From Lama glama (taxonomy: Eukaryota): a stretch of DNA of 64,000 nt. Every line of letters begins with the position of its first letter. Position 1 is the first letter of the stretch. Positions 54,401 through 64,000 of the stretch are shown here, piece by piece. The notes beneath the pieces were generated by a model that ran no database searches, was not told the origin of the DNA, and saw only the letters and a list, made by a program, of their open reading frames with translations. The stretch is from the NCBI GenBank assembly GCA_028534125.1, contig CM052817.1, positions 24,864,001-24,928,000 on the forward strand, read 5' to 3'. A program made the translations under genes and the position numbers.

Positions 54401-54563
54401 CAGTGGTTTCAAAGTTTAGCATGTATTTTTGGCCTCACCGTGAGAGTATTTGTTTAAAATTCAGGTTCCTTGGCCTCGCCCTAGGAACTCTGACACCCAC
54501 GTTGTTAACACGTCCCCCTTGGGGTTCTGAGGCAGCGGTTAGGACTGTATTCTAGAAGCACTG
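54401..54563. mobile_element. MER5-like hAT MITE, decayed
   Basis: cagtggtttc...gaagcactg terminal inverted similarity. Confidence 0.5.
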
Positions 54564-54924
54564 ACCTATTTCCTTGCTGCAAGTGGGTAAATTTGGCTTC
54601 CAGCTTTCTGGCAGTCAACGTGAAAAGGGAAGACGATCCTGTCATAGTGTGTAGACAATAACATCTTTGGCATAAGGTACAGATGAAGATTTAACTGCTT
54701 ACATCAACTTTAACGTCTGAATAGGATCTTGACTTGCATAGGCATTCAGGAAGGAAATGCCTTCTCTCGTCCTCTCTCACAAGAAATGAGTCCATGAGTC
54801 TACTGTATTCAATTAAATGGTATTAACTGACCTTTTGGGGACGTGTACCAAAATCTCTTAGAGAGAAAGGAAAAGAAGAGAAACAAAAGTGGAACTGGAG
54901 TGGAGTAAGGGGAACTGGGAAAAT

Positions 54925-55300
54925 ATAAAAAATGGAGCAAACTATTGATATAAGCAGCAAATGGATCTCCAAATCATTACACCAAGCAGGCTACTCAAAA
55001 GAGGATATACTGTCTACCATATGACTCCATTTATATATAATTCTAGAAAGTGGAAGCTATCCTATAGTAACAGAAAGGAGCTCAGTGATTGCCTGGGAAT
55101 GGGGTTGGGTAGGAGCAGGAAGAAGAGTTTACAAAGGACGTGATAAAACTTTTGAGGGTGATGGAGATCCTTATTATCTTAATCATGGTCATGATTTTGC
55201 AGGTGTATACAAATGTCAAATTTATCAAATTATGCTCTTTAAATATATGCAGATTATTATAGGTCATTTGTACCTCAGTAAAGCTGTTAAAATGTGGAGG
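54925..55300 (+). mobile_element. Old L1 (L1MC/ME-like) 3' fragment
   Basis: atgactccatttatatataattctagaaa, cagtgattgcctggg, tacctcagtaaagctgtt motifs. Confidence 0.75.
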
Positions 55301-55750
55301 GGAAAAAAATAAGGTGTTAGAAATGCTGAAGAAATGGAACTAACCATTAGATCCAAAGAATTGGTCCTGACCAAACCTTCTCACAGGTAAGGGCAGAATC
55401 CCTTAATGCCAAGCACCGTGGACCTGGCTGTGCCCAGTCACCAGCACGCGGTTACTCGGTGGGGATAACCATCCGCTGACTCTCACTGTGCCTTCGTTTC
55501 TTCACACAGTCTTTTACTGAGTAAGGGGGAAAAGAAGAATTCTCACATCAGCCGATTTTGGTGCTCACCAACAGTTTGTTCAGGGTTCAGATAAGAAGGC
55601 TTTGAAGGAGAATTGAGCCAAGTCTCTGGATTTACCTGTCTTCCGTGTTTTTCTTCCATTAATGTAAATCATTCTGAGATGGCTAACAGTGTTTGGTTGT
55701 AAGCTCAGATCCACTGAGCTGTTAGACAAGAGACTGTTTTTCTCATAAAA

Positions 55751-56062
55751 CAGTGGGCTCTTCATGTCCGTGGGTTCCACATCCGTGGATTCAACCGTGA
55801 ATTGAAAATATTTGGGGAAAAAATTCCAGAAGGTTCCAAAAAGCAAAACTTGAATTTGTCATGCAGCAAACTTTTTTTGAATTTCACTGGCAACTATTTA
55901 CACAGCATTTACATTGTATTAGTTATTATGAGTAATCTAAAGATGGTTTAAAGTATATGGGAGGATGTATGTAGGCTATATGCAAATACTAAACCATTTT
56001 ATATAAGGGACTTGAGCATCCATGAATTTGGTATCAGAGGGGGGTCCTGGAACCAATCCCCT
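55751..56062. mobile_element. Tigger3-like TcMar MITE
   Basis: tccgtgggttccacatccgtggattcaacc...ttttatataagggacttgagcatcc...ggtcctggaaccaatcccc. Confidence 0.82.
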
Positions 56063-56536
56063 ACTATTTAGAAGGCAGACCTATGTGTTGATGTAGCATG
56101 AACATTGGTAACAACAAAGAGCATAGATATTCTTGAGCTCAACAAATTCAACCACATTTTGTATTGCTCCCTTTTTGTGCTTTACCTTTATTACTCAGAT
56201 AAATTTAAATAAAATCATTTATTGGAATCATACCTGACTCAAAATAAAATAAAATACTAAATAACAATTATTTAAACTTAGTAATAAGAAATTTGGAAGA
56301 AGTAAACTTTTTAAAGATAGGATAAGCTAATTAAGTTATTAAACTTTTCCTTAAAATTCTGCGCTCTGTGGTTACAGGTTTCTAGAAGGATAGGTAACAC
56401 TTTTAAGCAAATTTGCTTTAGTAATCTGAAGATTTGATATTGAATGAAATAAATACAAAACATATATTTGTTTTTCTAAAGGAGTATTTATTTGCCAGAT
56501 AGTAAAATAAATCAATAATTATAAATTATTTAAAGA

Positions 56537-57114
56537 AAAGCATACCTTATTTTTCTGTACTTCATTTTACTGCATTTTGTAGATGTTGCATATTTTTTTT
56601 TTTTACAAATTCAAGGGTTATGGCAGCTCCATGCTGAGCAAGTTTGTCAGCGCCATTTTTCCAACAGCATTTGCTCATCTGTGTCGTTGTGTCATGTTTT
56701 GGTGTATGTGTGTGTATGTTTAGGTATCTGTGTCTATGTTTGTGTTTGTGGGTATATATGTGGTGGTGTGTATAGCTGTAGGTGTAAAAACATTCTCACA
56801 ATATTTCAAACTTTTTCATTATTATTATTTTTGTTATGGTGATCTGTGACTGGTGATCTTTGATGTTGCTACTATGATTTGCTGATGGCTCAGATGACTG
56901 TTAGCATTTTTTTAGCAATAAAGTATTTTTAAATTAAAATATGGACTTTTTTTGGATATAATGCTATTGCACACTTAACAGACCCTCAGTATAGTGTAAG
57001 CATAACTTATGTGCACTGGGAAACCAAAAAGCTTGTATAACTTGCCTTTATTGTCATACTCACTTTCTCGCACTGGTCTGGAACAGAACCCACAGTGGCT
57101 CAGAGGTGTGCCTG
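56537..57114 (-). mobile_element. Internally deleted Tigger1
   Basis: TIR relics gcatacct...aggtgtgcctg followed by TA. tgcactgggaaaccaaaaa matches the Tigger1 5' end on the minus strand. Confidence 0.8.
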
Positions 57115-58099
57115 TAAGAGTGATGAAAAGGCACATTCACAAGATAAAAACTCCCTCTAACAATGGTAGAAAAAATCATACTGAGTTATACTTTGAGCAG
57201 TCTTCCCTTCGTACGGAGAAAGAATGCTTTAGGAGACTCTGCTACTGAGTTTATATAAGAATAATGATGGTTGTTTCCATTTCTTATCTGCCTGCTTTAT
57301 GCCATTTTCACTATAGGTACTAATGTATTTTATTTCCAGCTGTCACACGAATTCCTGAGAATGAAGTCCTGTTGTCCTCATTACCCTCTTACCCTTTCTC
57401 CACTCTTCTGGGTCCTTGCTACTCAAACTCATTTACACCAGATGTTGTATAAACTTCTTTGATGTAAAATAACTTCTACCCTTGCCTGTGCCTCAACTCT
57501 AGTTTACTTTGCCCTGATAACAGTAACTGAGTGGGATCAAGAAATACACTTTTGAAATGATGAATTGGATCTAGAAGTTCTGTCTGTCCCATCTTCCCCC
57601 ATCAGCTTCAGTTGGTAGGATTTTGAATAACAAATTTGGAATCATCTGAGAAAATCTTAAGCTCATCTGTCATTGGTTTTTCCCCAGTGGCAGCTAAATA
57701 TTGCATTCGTGGGCTTTTGCCAGAATAAACAGTCTGAATCTTCAGTGAGGGCTCTGGAACCTAACTCCCAGTTATTCTTAAAGGCTGTGTCAAGACTGGG
57801 CCTCTTTAGTTTGTCCTTTACAGAAAGAGCTGTCAGGTTCCTCCACTGATCCCTCTCCTGGTGCATTGTCTAGCCCACTAAATGGAAAGAGAATACACAA
57901 TCGTTTTCATTTCTGAGCTTTTAGTTGATGTGGGACACTAAGAACTACCAGTGATGTTTCATAACTGCTTTAATGCATTCCTTAGACTGAAGGGCATATG
58001 AAATCAGCTTTTATTGTTCTCATTGATACTTGGGAAAAATAATTTTACAAGGCTTTCAGGGTGGAAAAAGGCACTAGAAAATCAAAAGTGCAAATCTAT

Positions 58100-58258
58100 G
58101 CAAAGGTTAACCACTATATATAAAAATAGATAAAAAACAAATTTCTTCTGTATAGCACAGGGAACTATACTCAACATCTTGTAATAATCTTTAATGAAAA
58201 AGAATATGAAAATGAATATATGTATATGTATATACATATATATACGTTTATGCATGTG

Positions 58259-58306
<48 letters not shown>

Positions 58307-58397
58307 ACTGGGACATTATGCTGTACACCAGAATCTGACACATTGTAACTGACTAACTTCAATTAATTAATTAATTAATTAAATTTAATTAAAATTT
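58100..58397 (+). mobile_element. Young 5'-truncated L1 3' end with (CA)n array
   Basis: Perfect 16-bp TSD aaaagtgcaaatctat at 58084-58099 and 58398-58413. (CA)n at ~58262-58304. Confidence 0.9.
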
Positions 58398-58809
58398 AAA
58401 AGTGCAAATCTATTTTAAATATAAAGCTATTTCTTTTAAGAGGGATTTGACTTGCCATTGTAACTCTCCTGAGCAGGAATGGCCCTGATAAGGCATCAAG
58501 TCAAACTCCTTCCTTTTACAAGTAGGAAACTTTGACTCAGAGGAGCTGAGTGCTGCCAGCCAGGGGCAGAGCTAGGGCTGGGACCCAGGTTCCTGGCTTC
58601 CTGCCTCTCAAAGCAATTTCTAAATGACTTTCACATAGAACATAATTTTAAAACAGTTTACTTAATAAACTTAAAATTTAACAAATTTTTAAAGAGTTTT
58701 AAAACTTCTGTTGGAATACTGTATCAAAAGTAGGTGTGATACCAGGTGGTTAAATCACAATGTTACTTACATTCTAACCTGAGATCCGAAAATTTTTACA
58801 CCTACAGCT

Positions 58810-59060
58810 ATGTACACAAACACATATATACTCACAAACACACACATAGATACACACATACCTATACACATGCATACATATATACATCTACACATATATA
58901 CATCTGCACACATACCTACCTATGCATACACACACATACATGTATATGCCAACAAACCCACATACATGTGTGTATACATATATATACATGTGTTTGTGTG
59001 TGTATATATACATACTCCTATATGTATGCACACACATATGTATCTATATGTGCACATGTA
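58810..59060. repeat. Degenerate CA/TA/TG low-complexity repeat
   Basis: Directly visible alternating purine-pyrimidine tract. Confidence 0.9.
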
Positions 59061-60409
59061 TAGCTGAACAGTAGAAAATAAGGGCTCTGAAATCAGGCAG
59101 ACTTACAACCCTACTGATATTGGCTGTGTTTCCTTGGACAATTAAGTGAACTTCTAAAGTCTAAGTTTTACCATTTGTAAAATGAGGAAAATAATACTCT
59201 TCTTTGGCCGTGAGAAGCAAGATAAATATGTTAAGTATTTAGCACATTGTCTGCCATTTAATAAGCTTTCAACAGATGTTTGTAGCTAACACTGTGACCA
59301 AAATGTACAAAATGCTGAACAGTGAGTAAACTTAAGAAAAGAAAGGCGTGTGTCCTAGCTTGTCCTCTGTGCTGATCGTATTCATCACGGCAGGCCGGGT
59401 ACCTCGGGGGTGGGGACTGGGCCTGCGCCATGGGAAGGGGCCTAGTCCTGCTCATTTGGGAAGAAGGGCTTTTGGACAGAGAGTGATCTGTGTGATCAGC
59501 CCTTGGGATCTTGGGATCTTGGGATCCTAGGAGGTGGGGGAGCCAGACAGCCTGTTGAACAGCCTTGTCCCAGGTCAGAGATGAGTGCTGCCTGTGTTGT
59601 GTGTGTTTGGTGTAAATGAAGACACGTACATGCGTCAATTTGTATTGCATGAACAGTGACCCCTGGATCGGCAGGAGAAAGCCGGTGCACAGGAAACTTT
59701 GGCAATAGGTGTCCAGAGTGTTATGGGCTGAATTCTGAGGCCAGGGGAGGGAGGGGTGTGAGTGTGAAGGCAAGAGGAACCAGACTGATTGGAATCTGGA
59801 AAGGTCAACTGGCAGGACAGCTGTTGGTCTGGAGACAAATCCAAGAGACAAGCCCAGAAACTCAGGATGAGTCAGAAGGAGCATGGACATCACAGTGCAA
59901 GGTGTCCCTGAGCCTGTGCCAGAGGCAGATAGATGTCCATTAAGCCGCGCTGACAACCCGCGGGCCCAGGGTGGGTCCAAGACCAAGAACAAGGTTAGCC
60001 AGATGTGAGTCCAAGAAACTGGCTGGAAACTAGAGAGAATGAAGACAGTCAGTCACGGGCCTGACCAGCACAGGGACAGACTCAGAGGGAGGAGATGAAG
60101 GTGGTTACTTCTACTGCCATCTATTCCCAGAGGCTCCCTGTGCAGCATTTGTGCCCCCAGGCCTGAGAGTGGATGCAAATGCCTTCTGGCAAAAGGAAGG
60201 CAGCAGAGGGAGCAGAAGGAAGAAAGGGTTTGCTTTTGTTAGGATGGAAAGCAGAGTTTGCCAGCCTGACAAAGGCTAATTTGCAGAGGTTTCTGTGAGT
60301 CAGAGGCTTCGGCAGGAGCGCGCTTTCTCTGTAGGCTCCACTTTATCTGCTGACTGTTAAATGTTGCTTGTCTACAGGTTTCCATCATAGACTTGCTTTT
60401 CTTCCCACA

Positions 60410-60800
60410 TGTATCAGTCAGAGTAGGCTTGGTTTTGCTACAGTAACAGATAATCCCCAAATCTCAGTGCCTTATAACAGCATTTATTTCTCCCTAGCTA
60501 CATGTTCACTGTGACTTGGCTATCACTGGGTTACTAATAATCTTTGTTCTGACTGCTAGGCTGACTGTGTAGCCCCTCTCTGGAAAGTTGTTGCTTGTCA
60601 GAGCAGATGGAAAAGAGATCATGGAAAACCCTGAGCCAACTTTAAAGCCTCTGCACAGAAGGGAGGTGACACATGTCATTTCCATTCACATGTCATTGGT
60701 CAAAACGAGTCATGTGGCCAAGCTGAACAGCAGCAAGATGGCAAAATTGAATCCTTCCCCAGGAAGGGGCGATGACTCTTTGTAAGAATAACACAGCCCA
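60410..60800. mobile_element. Old MaLR LTR (MLT1-type)
   Basis: gtatcagtcag...gtaacagataatccccaaatctcagtg...tcattggtcaaaacgagtcatgtggcc. Confidence 0.65.
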
Positions 60801-60849
60801 CCCCATGATGGTGTCGCCCCCAGGGGAGTCTCACTACCCCCATACCTCA

Positions 60850-61870
60850 GTCACTGCGCATATTCCTGGAGCAGGTCCTCTAGTTCTGATCTCTGCTTAA
60901 ATCCCAGCCCACATCTGCAGCTGCCAATCAGGCAGTTTTCTGTGGTCATTTTAAGCTGAACACAACCAAATGAAGGTCATTTCCTCTTCAGTGTTTCATT
61001 TGTGTTTGATTAAGAGCCTCCTGTCCACCCGGATCAGACACCTGGGTGTCATCTTCAACTCTTCTCTCTCCTTGTTCACCTCATATCCACCCATCAATCA
61101 GAAAGTCCTTTTGACTGTACCCAGTATCTATCACTTGAATATTTCTACTTCTTTTCATCTCTCCTACCCCTGCTGGATCAGGATCCAGTCTGTATGCTGG
61201 ACTACTTCGGTGAGCTCTTAAATAATCTGATGCCTCGGTTTCCCCACTCCAGTTCACTCCACCTGGCATCTAGTGATCTTTCTAATTTGCAGGACCAATA
61301 ACACACTCTCCTGTTGCCACCTGTGCTTAAATTCTTAAGCAGAGGCTTCTGATTGTTCTGAGAATAAATCTGTGGACACTAATACGGTCCTTCATCCACC
61401 TTTCCAATCTCACCTTAACCGTAATCTCCCCCTCACAACTGCTACGTTTCTTGCCCCCAGCTTGCTGAACCCCCTCCATTTTCTCTAACGTGCCATGCCC
61501 CTCTTACACTAGAATATTGTATGTGTTGTTCCTTCTGACTGTGATGCTTCATATCCTCTTCAGCTGGCTAGCTTTAATGCATCCCTCAGGTCTCAGGTGA
61601 AACATCACTTCCTCCAGGAAGCCTTCCCTGGCCGCTTCCTAAACCAGGTAAGGTGTTCCAATCACGTGTTTCTATGGCATTGTGCTTCCTTTTCTCTGGC
61701 ACAGATCGCCCTTGAGAGCTTCATTAAATGTCTGTTGTCTGTTTTTGCTGCTACACTGTAATCTCTTTGAGGGCAGTGACTACTTCAGCATTATGTATCC
61801 AACTGCTAGCAGAGTTTCTCAAGTAGTCTAGGTGCTGGTAAGTGTTTATGGAATGGTGATGAATGATCGT
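60850..61870 (+). mobile_element. L2 LINE relic
   Basis: catcacttcctccaggaagccttccctg motif and gaatg-type tail. Confidence 0.7.
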
Positions 61871-62616
61871 TCGTGGTGTCAAAGAGTAGGTCTGCCCTCA
61901 ATTCCAGACCCGAAGGACATGAAAAGTTCCCTGCTTCCTTAATGTCAAGGGAAACTAAGAAAGACTAGCTTGGCTCAGGGATACTATCAAAGTAAAACAG
62001 ACTTCTGGAAAAAGGTAAAGGAAGGGCAGGGGTGGGAAGAAGTGAGATCCAGCAGCCCATAACCTCCTCAAAGGAATGGATATTTATTTTGTTCACAGCG
62101 GGATCCCCATGCCTAGAACAGTGTTGGACACATATCAGGCAGTTCACAAATACTTTATTAAATGAATAAATGAACAAATTGTGGGTCAGGATTCTTGGCT
62201 CCAGGAATCAGCTCCGACTGATGTAAGCAGAAAAAAAATTTACTGGAAGGGTACAGGGTAGTTCTCGGAATTAACGTAAAGACTAGAGAATCCAACTTTG
62301 CAAATGAGCAGCAACCAAGGGCAGCCAGACAGCTGGAACCACGGCCAAGGTTGCAGCACAGGAATACCCTGCTAAGGACACCACCTTGGGCACCCCAGCT
62401 GCCAGGCACTGCCGTCCTTGGCACTGCCACCACCGGCCATTAGCTGCGGCGCCACTGGACTCCACGCCTCTGCGCCCCTTGTGAGTCAGATCTTGCCGAC
62501 CCTATTTCCTGACTTCACTCCTTCAAGGTTCAAATGCCAGACAGGAATGAAGCCCTGATTGTCTGACAGAACCAGCATTGATTGCCTGTACATTAGCTGC
62601 CAGAAAGTAGGAGAGA

Positions 62617-62770
62617 CACAGGGAACTATATTCAATATTTTATAATAACTTTCAATGAAAAAGAATATGAAAGTGAATATATGTATACATATATGTAGGA
62701 CTGAGACATTATGGACCAGAAATTGACACATTGTAACTGACTATACTTCAATTAAAAAAAAAAAGAAAGA
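62617..62770 (+). mobile_element. Very short L1 3' end, inside a probable MLT1 relic (~62180-62890)
   Basis: cacagggaactatattcaat...gacacattgtaactgactatacttcaattaaaa, same family as 58100-58397. Confidence 0.85.
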
Positions 62771-63239
62771 AAACGTGGGAGAGAGTGAATATTTGTCCCC
62801 TGTCAGCAGAGGGGGCCATTCTTCCACCTGTTTTACAATTTCTCCCTGAACAAGGCAGTCATTCAATGTTGTGCAGCCTAAAAATCTTGAAGTGTCCACT
62901 CTGGGAGGACTGGACAGAAAAATGTAAAACCAAGGAAAGAAATTTTTTCCTGTAAAACACTTAACATTTAATATTTATAGTAAATGCTCACTATAAAAAA
63001 AATGCAGTCAGTTCAGAAGTGTGTAAAGTATAAAATGTAAGTCCAGTCCTTAACCTACCCCAAGACAGAACCACACTTACCAGTTGGGAGTAGGTTCTGA
63101 CTTCAAGAGACTTCTCAGTAAGAATTGCTTCTTATATTATACAGGGCTGGACTTCATCATTATTATCAGGTATTTAGAATTTACATGTAAAGCTTGTAGT
63201 CTGGTACTTTTTTATTTGAAAATAAAGTGACTGCTTGGA

Positions 63240-63468
63240 ATTAGGAGTTTGAGATTAACAGATACAAGCTACTATATATAAAACAGATAAACAACAGGGA
63301 TCCACTATTTAGCACAGAGGACTATATTTCAATTTCTTGTAGTGAGCTGTGTAGTGGAAAAGAAACTGAAAAAAAATGTGTGTATATGCATAACTGAATC
63401 ACTTTGTTGTGCACCTGAAACTAATGGTGTAAACCAACTACACTTAAGTGAAAAAAAGGATTTTTTAA
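63240..63468 (+). mobile_element. 5'-truncated L1 3' end
   Basis: ggagtttgagattaacagatacaagctact... motif. Near-TSD aaagtg(a/g)ctg(c/t)ttgga at 63224-63239 and 63469-63484. Confidence 0.85.
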
Positions 63469-64000
63469 AAAGTGGCTGTTTGGAGTCTCTAGGCCTGGCC
63501 ATGTGGGGTGTTGCTGGGGTTCCTCTTCCCAGGAGGGCCCCCTCCCCCGCCCCCACCCCAACAAAGGGTAAGCAGACAAGCTCTTGATACCATTTGCTTT
63601 GTTGTGCTGTGTTGGACATGATGGGGTATTTCTTGCTTGGGAGAGATCAGGGATGTGACGGCATCTGTCATTTTGATGGGTGAGCAAAATTTGGGTTCCG
63701 TTGGAGAAAGGTACTCACTTTGCCTTTGCCCAAGCTGATTGAGGGCTCAAAGGGATAACTTCCTGTTCAGGATGTCATATGTGGAGAGTTCTGGTCGTAA
63801 AAAAAAAAAGCAAAAATGATCTGAAATCATATTTTGCTGAGATTTTAAAGAAATAAAGTTCCAGAACTGACCCATTCTCAGCTGACCTCCAGGGAAATTA
63901 TTCAGGATGTGTAGCTGTTCATTTTCCATGTTGTGTTGGCAGTTGGCTGGTCTGTAGCACCCAGGAAGGTGAGTTCGGTGCCCCACAGGGGTTGTGCAGG

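Noticed and set aside
59502..59526. (cttgggat)x3 tandem repeat
   Set aside because: Simple slippage repeat with no spacers, not CRISPR-like.
59258..59992. 244-aa minus-strand ORF
   Set aside because: Non-AUG start, ends in a MIR relic, no recognisable homology.
1..64000. Prokaryote-style novel system (CRISPR array, operon, defence island) or an intact autonomous mobile element
   Set aside because: The sequence is a spliced mammalian locus. I saw no repeat-spacer array, no intact transposase or RT ORF, and no foreign-composition insert.

Overview
Mammalian nuclear DNA, most likely a camelid, judging from seven tRNA-Ala-derived Vic-1-like SINEs. The window holds the last coding exon and 3' UTR of PGM2 (+, 51-153), about 21 kb of repeat-rich intergenic DNA, and the 5' end of TBC1D1 (+). 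The TBC1D1 part comprises a CpG-island promoter, a non-coding exon 1 ending at 22944, and the first coding exon (ATG 32643, donor after 33059, N-terminal PTB region). The remaining ~31 kb is intron filled with L1, L2, MIR, LTR and DNA-transposon relics. Nearly all ORFs in the supplied track are spurious. I find no convincing previously undescribed biological system. The best leads are modest: Gln at the position of human TBC1D1 R125, two AUG elements in the spliced 5' UTR, a MEF2/TATA/E-box module, a twin-primed L1 inversion, and a SINE copy ending in a Pol III terminator. Gene and repeat family names come from recalled sequences, not database searches. Old repeat boundaries are approximate.
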